This document shows positions 11,975 through 25,100 of a DNA stretch of 64,000 nucleotides, piece by piece. Source of the DNA: Geosiphon pyriformis uo1 (Eukaryota; Fungi; Glomeromycota). Under the pieces are notes generated by a model. It was not told the DNA's origin, did not search any database, and saw nothing but the letters and a program-made list of their open reading frames with translations. Made by a program: the position numbers and the translations under genes. The stretch is from assembly GCA_016748015.1 (NCBI GenBank), contig JAAOMT010000240.1, forward strand, positions 62,001 to 126,000, in the 5' to 3' direction. The first letter of the stretch is position 1. Every line of letters starts with the position of its first letter.

Positions 11975-12309
11975 TAAGTGAAGTGAATGTGAATGTGAAT
12001 GTGAATCAGAATGAAATAACGAGAGAATGAGAAAATGAAAGAAAAAAAATCTCATAAGAGACTAAAAAAAAACCTTTTACTTAAATTTATATAAAAAAAA
12101 TTCATTTGATTTTGGGTTTTGTGATTCAATGTACAATAGGTTTTAATGAAAAGCCAAGGTACAAATGTAATCAAGGCAAGAATAAAAAGTCTTGATGTAT
12201 CACCTTTTTTTGTGTTGTATCCGTTCTTCTCTAGTTCTCTATTTTAATTATTATTATTTTACGTGTGATATGATTGATACAATGTGTTTTTCTTTTTTGC
12301 GTCATTATT

Positions 12310-12392
12310 GCTTCCCTTCCCTTCCTTTTTTCTTTTCTTTTCTTTTCTTTTCTTTTTCTTTTTCTTTTTCTTTTTCTTTTCTTTTCTTTTCT
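12310..12392. repeat. Pyrimidine (TTTTC/TTTTTC)n tract
   Basis: Directly visible. Confidence 0.85.
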
Positions 12393-13004
12393 GCAAAAGA
12401 ATGCAACTATTATGAAACAATTCAGTTTGTTTTTTTAAATTAAAAATAATTGAACAGAAAAATTTTTAAAGATATATGCACATTATACATTATTAATAAA
12501 TTACATGTCTATGTATGTATATATGCATATATGTATGTATGAGTGTATATCTTGAGCTTCCTTGAAAAAAATTAATTTTTTTTCATTAATTCATACAAAT
12601 GTATCCTCCTTACCGCCCAATTGAAAACGTGTCACCCGATATTAGTATTACCGTTTAAAGTTTAATACAAGGATAATAAAAAATTTCGGGTTTCCTAGTA
12701 TTTCAAAAATGGAAAAGAGAGCGAGAGTAGAGTAGAGTAAATCCTTTCACTCATCCAGTATCGAACATTACATACTAAAATTAAAAAATACATTTCTATT
12801 ACCCCGAAATCAAATTTTGACACAATCCCGTGTCAAAATTGCATTAAAAATCCATTACAATAGGATGGCATTGCATCTGAATGAAATTATTGATTTCAGT
12901 TCTAGAAATTCAATTCTGGAAAATAAAAGAACTTTTTAAAAAATCCTTTAGACTTTTAGTGAGATTAATCATGAGTATTACATATTTGAGATTGTTCAAA
13001 GAAT

Positions 13005-13005
<1 letters not shown>

Positions 13006-13075
<70 letters not shown>

Positions 13076-13100
13076 CTTAATCTTAATCTTAATAATCTTA
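13006..13100. repeat. (AAT)n then (AATCTT)n microsatellite
   Basis: Directly visible. Confidence 0.9.
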
Positions 13101-13649
13101 AATGGAATGAAAAACGTGGAACAAAATATGAAAATTTAGCTATCCAATGAAATAATCAAAACAATACAACTTCTCATCTCGAAATCTAAATTTTTTATTG
13201 AATTTCGGGAGAAAAAATTTCAATAGGTTCAAATCATTCTGTCGTGAAATCCGCCATTTTGTCAAAAAAAAACTCAAATTCAAAGTACAATATTTCTGAA
13301 TAGGGAGCTTAGCTTTACACAATGTTGTACCTAATTCCGATTTCTGATTTTCTTGGCTTCTATCATTCTGTGACTCGATGATAAATGGTACAAAAAAAAA
13401 ATTTCAAAGCTTTTTGGTTCGTCTGTCTCATTTTTTTGTGTGTAAGGTTATTAGGAATTTTAAATTATTCTCTCCTGAAAGAAATTGAAATGATATCATC
13501 TAATTTCTAATTAATATAAATATCAGATTAAAATGCAAACTAATTGAAATTGATATTAAGATTGAGATTGAAATTGATAATAAGATTGAGATTGAGATTA
13601 AGATTGAGATTGAGATTTGGTGTTAAAGTAGTTACCCAATTGATATGAT

Positions 13650-13801
13650 AAAATTTTATCAACTAAAAAATTATTAAAATTATTAATCTTATTTTTGATA
13701 CGCAAAATTTAGTTTTTAGTTATTTAAAAATATAAATGTTTTTTTTATTAAATATTATTTATTTTTTTGTAATTTTTAATTATTTTACAATAAAAATAAT
13801 A

Positions 13802-13839
<38 letters not shown>

Positions 13840-15310
13840 AAATTTTACAATTTAATTAATATTAATTTTAAATAAAAAATTATTAAAACTATTACAAAAA
13901 AAAATTCTTCAATAAAATTCAATTTTAAAAGAAAAAAACAATAATAATAATATTTAAATAAAAAATTGCAAAAATATTGAAATTAATTAATTTAAATATT
14001 TAGTATTATATATAACATAATATTAAAAAATATATCAAAACATAGGTTAAATATTATTATTTTTAAATTAATAATTCTTAATTATAGTTTTTAATAAGAT
14101 ATTAATTTATTTATTTATTTTTCTTTATTTTTATTGTTTTATTTAATATTTTATTATTATTGTTATTATAATTATTTATTAAAAAAAAATAGTATTAAAA
14201 TTATAATATTACAAATTATTTGGTAAAAAAATATATATTATAAACATAAAAATAAATTTTTAAAATTTAATAATTTTAATTAAAAGAATAAAAAAACATT
14301 AAAAATAAGATTGTAAAAAAATATTAAATATTAAAAACCAAAAAACTTATTAATTTTTTATTTTTTTTATACAAAAACTTTTATTTAAAAATTTTAAATA
14401 AAAATTAATATATATTAATATTATAATTATTAAAATTTAAATTATTTGGTTTTTAATTATAAAACAATTTTTTTTATGTTTGTATAATATTAATTTTTTG
14501 ATATTATTATTATTAATAAAATATATAAATTAAGATTAAAGTTTTTTAAAAACAAAATTATAAAAATTGTTTAATTTAATAAAATTTGTAATTAAACTTT
14601 TAATATATTTAATAATTTTTATTATAATTATTAAAATAAGTTTTTATTATAAATATTAAAAACTTTAATTAATAAAAAAAAATATAATATAAATAATAAG
14701 TTTTTTGTTATTAGTTTTAATAAAATATAAAATATAAAATATACAAAATAATAAGACAAAATAACATAAAAAAAACAATTATTAAATAAATATATAAATT
14801 AACTTATAATAATTAAGCATTTAATAAATACTTAAATAAATTAAAAACAATAAGCTTATTTGGTTTTTTAAATAGATAATGATTATATATAAAAAGTATA
14901 TAATTTTAATTTATTTTTATATATTTATAATTAATATAAAAATTAAAAAAACCGTATTTTATCAAAACAATAAAAAAAATCAAGAAAAAATTTTAATTGA
15001 TTTATTTATTATATTTAATTAGTAATATTAAATTGAAAATAATAAAATTGTATTTGTAATTAAAAAAATAAGTAATAATAATAATATTATTATTATTAAT
15101 ATTAATATTGAATTTTAATTTATATATATTCAATTATTATCTATTTACATACAAAATAACCAGCCGTCTTTTAGTATTTATTGGTTAAAATAAAATATTT
15201 TCTAAAAAAAAATTTATTTTAAAATTTACATTTATATTTAAAAATAATATCATAATTAATTCAATTTTATAAAAAAATATTGTGTTTGATTGTATTAAAA
15301 ATAATTAATA
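13650..15310. other. Extreme AT-rich desert (similar tracts at 1-740, 18950-20130, 26940-27480, 41050-42800)
   Basis: G/C nearly absent; no coding signal. Confidence 0.85.
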
Positions 15311-15650
15311 ATTTCCCACTATTAGTCATATGTGAATTTACAGAATCGTTATCTTGGAGTCCCATCATGCAAAACTATTGGCTTTTTAAATTTTACTATG
15401 GCGGAGACACATCATAAGGAAAATCTTTTTTAGTGTGGCAATTCGCCTAAATCCAGAGCTTTGATAATTAGACTTAAAGACTTTTTTAGCTCTTAACAGT
15501 GAATATTATTTAATAGTAGCATACAGTCTATCATAATCGCTTAATAATTCAATTTTAGGGAAAAGGAAGGGTTTACAAACCCTATGGCTTGGGACAAAAT
15601 TATCTTTCTCATATTTAATCAATTTTGGGAAAATAGAAAATTTTGATGTC

Positions 15651-17469
15651 TTAGATGTTCTTATTTATATTGTGAAATTTACTAATTATCTTCGAATCAC
15701 ATTGATTATTACGTTCAGGTATGAATCGTTTCAAGGTAACTTCATGAATATGAAACCGTTTAATGAAATCTGGGGTTCCCATTTCCTCTGCTGAGTATTC
15801 CTTTAAACCAGGAATAATTACATAACAAAGCACCACTGTCTACATCCATCATTTTTGACAAATTAATATTAATTTTCACTTGACTCAGAGAAATTGAAAA
15901 GATTATATTTAAAACATTTATACCTTTTTCGCTTGTGAACATACACGGTTCAAGCTCAAAAGCCATCCCCATGAAGATGTAATATTTTGACGAAATCCGG
16001 AATATGGCGGGCGAGATGATAAGCAATTAAGAGGAAAATTTGAAGGCATCTTGCCTTTGATTTTTAAAGGGTCTTCACTCGAACCAGAATAAACTGGTAA
16101 TACAACAACGGCATACCTGAGTTTGATTGAGAAAATGGGCGATAAATTGAAGAGAAAGCTTTGAAAAAAAAATTCAAAAAATTTTTGTTCCTTGAACTCA
16201 CTCGCCATGGTTAAACATTGGTCCTTTCTCATAAAGAACTTTGAATTATATTAGATCATTGTAAAAAAGCTCAAAATCATCAAATGTCTTATTTCCAGAT
16301 AGGAATAATGATGCTTACTGTAATCGACGCCAAATTTTGAACCACAACGTACCACCCAACCCAAACTGCGAAAATAATGATAGGCAACGTAACGAATAAC
16401 AAAAGGGTTTTCCCTTCGATTTTCTATAGCTCCTCTGGAAGCCGTCGAAAGTTGAATGGTTGGTTGCTGAGAATAGTGATTTGCAGCAGCATTACAAAAA
16501 CTATTCCAACACTCTTTAATACTAAGTAATTTCTGAGAGTGTAAGATATAATTATAAAAGTATCTTAAATTCAAAGAGTCACTACCTATCAAAAATAAAA
16601 AATAATGTTGCCACACCTCATTACAATCTTTTATTTTCAAACATCCAAGTCCATAGGAAAGAAAAAATGCTTCTTCCAATGTTAATTGGAGATGTTCAAT
16701 GTCCTGAGTATATTTGTCAATATCATCGTCACATACATTTGAATTCTCTATTGTTGGAGGCTTGATTGATATTTCGCTAAAATTAGGACCATCAGTGATT
16801 TCTTCCTCTCTGTCTTTAATACCGTGATGGTTATTTGGTATGCAATAAGTTAATTATAGTCGAGAATCTTGAAATTTTATCATCAAGCAAATCGTTCTTA
16901 CCAAGGTGAATTCCCTCAAGTGGATCATCTTTGTGATCCAAGATGGGAAGGGCAACCAAATCTAAATCGAGTTTTTCCCGAGTTTTCCGATCCATCTTTC
17001 TTTGTTGGCGTCTTTTCTCAGTAGCTTCTTCCAGAAATGAATCCCCTAAAAGGATGTAAAAATTTGTTGACCATGTTTCTACCAGTTTTCAAAAACTGAC
17101 ATAGATCTTACCGAAATTGCCTGCGCGACTTTTTCTTTTAGTCTTGCGTGCAAACCAAGTTGCTTCACTCCTGGAAAAAACACCTTTGCCAAAAAACCCT
17201 GAGCTCCATAAGAAATCTATATGGTCACGGCGAGTGACCTTCACACAAAGAAGATCTGAGTCAAAAGCTCCAATTGCACTAGGTGAGGTTGAATTCAGCT
17301 GATAGAGAAACGAAAAATGTATCCAACGAAATAAGTTTCGAAAGCCAAATAATGAAAACAGGGATAATGTAATTGGGAGTGGTATAAAATATTTATCAGA
17401 AGTAGGGAGCCGCCTTTTAGTCGAACTCTCATTTTCATTAACTTTATTGGAGATATTTAAGATATTCAT
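15651..17469 (-). CDS. SEN2: tRNA-splicing endonuclease catalytic subunit Sen2 (multi-exon; start approximate)
   Basis: LWSSGFFGKGVFSRSE; EHLQLTLEEAFFLSYGLG; YHYFRSLGWVVRCGSKFGVDY; W.WLLSLNRVCSQAKK; KRFIPERN. Confidence 0.9.
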
Positions 17470-17590
17470 AACTATAACTATAACTATTGATTGATAATCG
17501 CGAGCCGAAATGTAAGATAGTACCATAAGATCATCTATACTCCAAAATTTTCTTTATCAACCATTGAAACTTTGCTCTTTTGACCACTCT

Positions 17591-18731
17591 ATGGTAATTG
17601 TTTTGGAGCTTGAATTTTTTACAATTAAATTTTTTTATTATTTTAATTCAACACTCACTGCTTCTCATTTTCTGCATCCAAACGTAGTTACCTCTTTCCT
17701 TATTGAATACCGCCCAAGGGCACCCTATGGTAGAGTTCAATTCATAATCCTGAAATAGTGATTCATAAGATCCACTTATTAATAAAGCTAATCACTGTTT
17801 CTTTTGCTCTTGCTTATTTGCTTACTGGTCTAATCTCATCTTAAACGCGACTTTGTATTATTCCACACGCAAACTATCGCGACTTTCTATTCACAATTCG
17901 CACATATGATTCTTATACCTTTTATAGTTGGTAGAACTCAAAAACGGGGAAACTTTCAATGGTCATTTGGTCAACTGTGACAATTGGATGAACTTGACCT
18001 TACGGGAAGTGATACAAACGTCGCCGGTAAGTATTAAATCTTAAAATTTATTTCTCAATTGATATTCTCAATATATTTTGTTTAAGGAAGGAGATCGGTT
18101 TTGGCGCTTGCCAGAGTGTTACATACGTGGAAATACGGTATTTATAAGGGTTTCTCAAAAAAATTGCTTAATCTTCGAACCAATTTTAACTAGATAAAAA
18201 TTTATCTAGATAAAATACCTTCGTGTTCCTGATGAGGTAAAATTTTCTAATAACTCCTCTTATGATATCAAAACGTTAAATTTCCATGAATGCGATTCAT
18301 AAAAAATTTATTTACAAAGATCATCGAAATGGTCAAAGAAGATGCCTTAAGGCAACAGCGTCACTCCCAAGGGGGTAGTGTCCGAGGACGTAAGTTTTCT
18401 TAATTTATCTTCGCGCATTCTTATTACAATTATTTTAATTGTAATTAATTTTGGATATATTCTCTCGTCAATTAAGGTGGTGGTCAACGTGGTCGAGGTT
18501 AGAAGTTTATGAATTTTAGTATTGTGTTTGAGATCATATTAGAATTTTATTGATTGGTATTCGCTATTTTTAAATTCAGGGGGAGGAGGAAGAGGCAATT
18601 CTGGTCGAGGTGGTCGAGGCAAGTTTTTGAAATTAAGCATATTGTGAATTTTGCTCCACACTTAATTCATACGTTTCACTCCTTATTTAGGAGGACGAGG
18701 AGGAGATCGCGTGCGTCGCAGCGGCAATTGA
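17591..18731 (+). CDS. LSM4: U6 snRNA-associated Sm-like protein Lsm4 (9 coding exons, the first contributing only ATG; RGG tail)
   Basis: Spliced reading M|[14 protein letters not shown]|[33 protein letters not shown]|[17 protein letters not shown]|IKYLRVPDE|IIEMVKE..RGG; absent from the ORF track. Confidence 0.93.
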
Positions 18732-20273
18732 AGTTATGTGAGAAACCTTTTTTTTAGATTTTAATTAATTCCCTTACTTACTAACAATTTTTTTAGAAGT
18801 TACAGGAGATAGAATTCCTAACCTTCAATAGATAGCCTGTTTTTAGAAACTTTAATTAATAATTGAGGAGTTAATGTCCAAATATTGCTTGTGTGCCAAG
18901 TGAATGTGTTCAACATTTGCAGTACCATAACACTTTCATTTGTAAATAAATTTATTTTAGATATAATAAATACAAAGTTTCATATATAAATAATAAATAA
19001 AATTAAAATAATACTATTGTTAAAAATTGTGTTTTAAAGCACAAATTATTTATATATACAATAATTTTTAGTTTCAGAAAAACAATATTTTAACTTGATA
19101 TAATATTTAACATTAATACAATTAATAATTTTATAGAACTGATAAAACCTTTATAATTTTTAAAAAAAAAATTTTTGATCAGAATTATTTACACATTTAT
19201 TTTTGATTTTATTTTTATAACTTGGTATGAAAAAAATGGTTTGTATTTTTAGATAAAAAAATACAATTTATGTAATTAGCTGAATAGTTTTTAAAAAAAC
19301 ATGTGTAAATTTATTAATTAACTTTAAAATTTATTATTATAACAAAAAACAATATACAAAATTAACTTTTAATAAAACACTAAAAAACTATTTAAAAATA
19401 TTTACAACTTAGTTTTATAACAACAAATATATAATTATTAAAATTATTTTATGAAAAATTAATAAGTATAAAAATAAAAAATTTGGTTCTTTAATAATTA
19501 ATACTTTTTTGTATTTTATATTTAATTTTTAATATTAAATTACAAAAATAAATATATTTTATTTTATTTATAATTAAATATATAAATAAAAAATTTACTA
19601 TTTTAAAACAAAAAATAATTATAATTAACATAAAAAAATTTTATTTTAATAAAAAATATATATATATTTATTATATATCTTAATATATTTAATATTTAAA
19701 GTTCTAATTTATATTATGTTTTTTTATGAATTTTTTATTTAGATTACTTAATATTAAAATTATTATAATATATTGTTTCTGTTAAAATTATAAGATAAAT
19801 ATCTTTTTTAATTTTTATTGTTTTGTATATAATATATTTTTTTTAAAAATTAAATTTATTGTTATTAAAACTTTTTTTAAAATTAATTTTGTAATTATTT
19901 AAAGTATTTTTTTAATCTAAAACCACAAAATATTAATAATTATTAAATATTTTTTTAAATAAACAATAAATTTTTTTATTAATTATTAATAATAATATAA
20001 ATAATTTTATTTAAAAATTATTTTTTTAATAAATTTAACAAGTAATAATAGTTTTATTTAATTATTTTTTTTATTTTTTTTTATTTTAATTATAAAATTT
20101 ATTAAATATTAAATATTTTTTTATTAATAAAATTTGGAAAAACTTTTTTCTCTCCTTTATCCCAAATTCCTGAAAAAGAGTCAAATTTTAAAAAAAGTTT
20201 TTTCTGTTTTCGCATACTGTCTTCCACTATTTCACAAGAATCAAACCCCTTTTTTGTTGGACCGGCTGCCACT

Positions 20274-22121
20274 ATGAGTGGTCTTAGTGCTAAAAGAAGG
20301 TCTGCCAGAGTCTTGACCACTGGTTCAGTTGGTGGTGACTTGACTCAAAAAGTCAAGAAGCCTCTCAGTGGTGTTAAACTATCAAGTACAGATAAGAATC
20401 TCAAAGATAGTGGGCCTGTTAGTGTGAACAGGCAACTTACTAGCATGGATATGGATGAAGAAGCCTCTGATGATAAAACCACTTCTGACTCCCAAATAAA
20501 TACGCCCAATGCAAAGCGTTTCAATACTGGTATGGCTATCAGTTCCCTTTTCAGCTCTATTAATTATGACATGGATGATAAGGAGGAGGTTTCTCTTCCT
20601 CTTTATTTGTCTTTCTCTTTGGAAAAAGTGTGAGTGGACCCCAAAATTGTTAAAACTCAGGTGGAAGTAGCTGTGAAGAAATCTTTCACTTTGGACATCA
20701 ATCTTTCAGCTGTAGAAAGAAAATCAGCAATGGCTAAAACTTAGGTCATAAGGAAATTATTTTCAGGTATCAATGGTTTTGGGGGGGCCACTACTCTCTC
20801 AAAATTTGAAGGGATCATCAGATCAACATTTACTTTATCAGAAAGCATGGAAAAAGCTGCATTATTGGCCAGAGATAATAATATCATTATGAACAGTGAT
20901 CTTAAGAAACAAGGAATTCGCTCAGATTGGGCCATAGTAATCAAGGAAATTCCCATGGATACACCAAAGGAAATGATCGTTGCTGCAATATCCGAGTTTG
21001 GAAAAATTGAGTCGATCAAAATCCAGTTGATTGGTTTATGGCAAAAGACTGTGGTGGAATTTGCTGAATCAGGACAGGCAAAGCAATTGGCTTCAAAATA
21101 GTCTTTTTTAATTGGGAAAGACTCTGTGCGTGTGGTAAAGGCCGTGGGAGATTGCAATATCTGGGCCTTTAGAGATCGTTTTAGGGCGCTTCTGTTTACG
21201 TTGTCAGTGGGAACAACAGTACATGACCTTAGTAATCTTCTAAATAAAACTGGTGGCAGAACTTGCATCATTAATTGTTCATTGAACACTGACAATAGGG
21301 TTTGCTGTGCTGTAGTTGGCTTCAAATCCGAGAATGATCTGAATTCTGCTTTTCTCACTGAGTCTGTTTTTGGTGGTGTTCATCTCTCTTAAGCTAGGCT
21401 GGATTTGGTTTGGTGTGGAAAATGTGGGCATCTTGAACATTCAGCTTTAAAGTGTGATGCATCAGATATGTTGTCTTCTGATCTCTTAAATAATTTTAAT
21501 AAAAGACGTGCTCCTGGTGTGAATTGTCTCCAGTTGGTCAAGTTATATGCAAAGAAAAATGTTCTTATATCCTGTTCTGCTGCCTTTGGTGGCAAATTGT
21601 GGGCTCAGGTAGTCTCTCTTGCTTCCTTTTTTAGTGGCTCTCTTTCTGGTTTTGGTCTTGGTGCTGGTCCTTCTCACTGTACGACTTCGGATTTGGGTGG
21701 TGGTCTTTCTTTTTCTATACTTGCCAACTCTTCTTTGAATGCTTGCTTGGCATCTTTGGAATGCTCTCTCGAGTTGTTGGCTGACCAAGTGTCTGATATT
21801 TCAAAGAAATTGAGTTTTGTTGAATTGGTGCCCATGGTTCCATCTTCTGGTGCCCTTCTTCTGGTTGGATCTGTGCTTTTGGCCCCTGGTTTGGATTCTA
21901 ATATGGCTCTGGATGGTGAATTGGCATCGTCTAATCACCATTTTCCAAGTATTGATATGAGTGGTGGCTTCAGTTCGAGTAGTTCAAAGATTCTAACTAC
22001 CAAGGTGGATGGTTTGAAGTCTAAGATGTCAGCTCTGAAGGCTTCAGTCAGTTCTGTTCTGGCAAGATTGGATCTCTTGTGTGCTGGTTCGGGTTCCTCT
22101 TTACTGCCTTCACTTCAATGA
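20274..22121 (+). pseudogene. LINE B ORF1 with CCHC zinc knuckle
   Basis: Single frame broken by a few stops; CGKCGHLEHSALKC = CX2CX4HX4C; C-terminal coiled-coil-like segments. Confidence 0.88.
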
Positions 22122-25100
22122 GCAGTTTGGTCTGGAAATTTGCTATGTGTAATGTTCAGGACATGAACATTCCTGCGAAGCAGGACAATATAGTTTGTTG
22201 GCATGTAAACTCAGGAAACATGGTTTCTTTTATCACTGAGACAAAATTGAGGTCTTCTTCTGGGCCATGGATAAAGGATAAGTTTAATGGAGTGCAAATC
22301 TTTTCTTCAAGATTGAATAAAGATTTTATGGGTGCTGGAGTTGCGATTATTATGAACATTTCTTTGGCTCATCATGTATTTAAGGTGGAGGAGATTCCTG
22401 ATTGGGTTGTTTCTGTTCGGCTCTTGTTTAAGGGCAAGCTTTTGGTTACTGTTTTGGGGTTGTATGCTGGTGCCTCTTCTGGGGCTAGGTTTGGTCAGGC
22501 TTCTGAAGTTAACTCTTTCATTGCAAAGACTGTTAACTCCAGCAATTTTGTTATCTTGGGTGGGGACTTTAATGAGAATAGATTTGATAAAAGTGCTAGT
22601 TTCAAATTTTGTTTGAGTTTGGGTTTGGTCAATTTATTTATTGATCATTATTTGGCTAATTCTCATATGTGGAGCAATTAGAAAGGGGTTGGGAAAATGA
22701 TTGATTACATTTTTGTTGGTGGTAATTTGTCTTCTGCTGTTGCTGGTCATCAAGTTGTCTCTGTTTCAGATTTCTTTAACACCAATTACAGAACAGTTGT
22801 GGTTTCAGTCGGTTTGAATGGGCTTTTGAATGTACAGTTGAATAGTTTGCACAAGCAGGCAAATAAAGATCATTGGAAGTTTAAAATCAAGAATGCTGAC
22901 TGTACAAGATGGGCTAAGTTTAAGGATCTTTCTTTGGTAAAACTCTTGCCTTTGGGTGAGGTGTTCTTTGGTGCTGAAATGCGTGGTAATGTGGATGCTA
23001 TGTGGGCAGTTTTGGTGGAGGCTGTGGTAGATTCTGCTGATGTGACATTTTTGAGGCATTGGTTTAGTGAATTCAAGTGTTCAAGAAACAAACATTCTTC
23101 TAGGTTTTTTGGTCTGGAATTGTTGGTGGCCAAGATTGTCAAAAAATTTTGCTCAGGTAACTTGCTGGGTACTGATCATCTTGTGAATAAATAGTCGACT
23201 TTGGATAATGCGAAGGCTCGTGCTTTCAAGGACTTGGTTGGCTCGGGTATTAAATCTGATGTTGTTGTTAGGCATTTGTCATTGGTTTGCAGAGATTATA
23301 AGAGGTCGAAGATGTTTGAGTCAAAATTGGCTGAGGAAGCTTCGGTTAGGAAGGCGATTGAGAAGCGCATGAATAATTTCTGTTTGGATAAAGGTAGTAT
23401 GATCAGAAGTGTATTAGAAAAGCCTTTTCGCAAGGTAGTGTTGAATCACTTGATAGTTGATGATGATCTGGTTTTGTTGCCTAAAGAGGTGAAGTCGAGT
23501 GTGGATAAGATAATGGAAGGGTGGACGAGGAAACGCTCTGTGCAGTCAGAACTTCCTGATCTTTGGGCTTGTCAGTACATGCCTTTGGACCATGTTTAGA
23601 ATGATGCCTTTTCAGATGTTATGGGTGCAATCAGTATGAGCAAATTACTTTCTGTTGTTGGTAGTCTGTCTAATGGCAAGGCTGCTGGTTTGTCTGGTGT
23701 TCCTAATGAGTTGTGGAAACATGATTGTGAGGTGGTTTTGGGGTGCCTGTTGGCACTGTTTAATAAGTGTTTGTCTGTTGATATAGTGCCTGTTTTGTGG
23801 AAGAGGGCTTGGGTGTCAATGATTCCTAAGTCTTACGACTGAGATGGAGTTCTTACAAACACTCAGCCCATTGTTTTGATTGAGACTGCCAGGAAGATTC
23901 TTTCCAAGGTTCTGTCTGATTGTATTTCAATGGCTTGTAGCAAGTTCAACATTCTTCGAGGTGACAATTTTTTGGTGCTGAAGGATACGTTCACACAATC
24001 TCCAGTGTTTGCTGTCAGTTCGGTGATTAAAAATGCCATTGAGAAGGATAGGAAGTTATGATTGGTCTTGCAAGATATGCGGAAAGCTTATGATTCAGTT
24101 GGGTAGCATCATTTGAGGGCTAGTTTGCAGCATGTCAAGATGTGTGAGAAGTTCATAAGGTTTTTTGGTGGTATTCATGAGAATAGAGTTAATAGGGTAA
24201 TGACTGACTTTGGTTTGTCTGGTGGTTATAAGGTGCATGATGGGCTGGATCAGGGTGAGGTCTTTTTGCCACTTCTATGGAGAATTTTTTATGATCCATT
24301 TTTGTGTGAGGTTAAGAGGCACGAACAATTGTGTGGGTACTGGATTGATACTAAGTTTGTTGCAAAGTCTGGCAGAATTGAGAGTGGTGGCGGTTTGACA
24401 TCATATTTTTCAGCTGGTGCATTTTTTGATAATACGATCTGGATTGGGAATTGTCAAGCTTCTACTCAATATGCTCTGAATATTGCCAGTGAATTTTTTG
24501 TGATCAATGATATTTCTATCAACAGTAAGAAGACGGTAGCTATTCCCATCAATCAGAGTGTTAAAGTTGCTTCACTGAGCATTTGTGGTCAGCCAATTTC
24601 TCTTGCCAAAAAAGGGGAAACACATTGGTATCTAGGTATTTTTTTGTCAACCGAGAGGCTTTCTAAGCCAAGTGTTGCCAAGGCTCATGTGGATGTGTGT
24701 TTCTTTGTCAATGTTGTGCTTAGGAAAGCTATTACAGACAAACAGTTCTTCTATCTGGTGTTGGCTGTTTTGCAGCCTATTGTTAGCTATTGTATTCAGT
24801 TCAGTTTTGTCCCTTCTAATGTTTGTCACAAGTAGGATGTCTTGGTTAGAAAGGGTCTTAAGTCTAAGGCTTGTCTCTCCTGTGATTTTCTTGATGCTGT
24901 TTTGCATTATCCCTCATTGTATGGCCTGAAGCCTTTTGAGCAAGTGCAGTCAGAAAGGAAGGTTGCTGCTCTGATAATGTTTGCTAATGCCTTTGGTATT
25001 CTTGGGCATTTGTTTAGACATAGGTTTTTGGATCTGCAGGTTCTTGGTTGGGCTCCTTTGGATCTTTTACAGTTTCCGGTCAGGTTGCGTGTTAGTCCAG

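Noticed and set aside
12192-13322. Short ORFs with FS or poly-N runs
   Set aside because: Produced by microsatellites; no domain or splice support.
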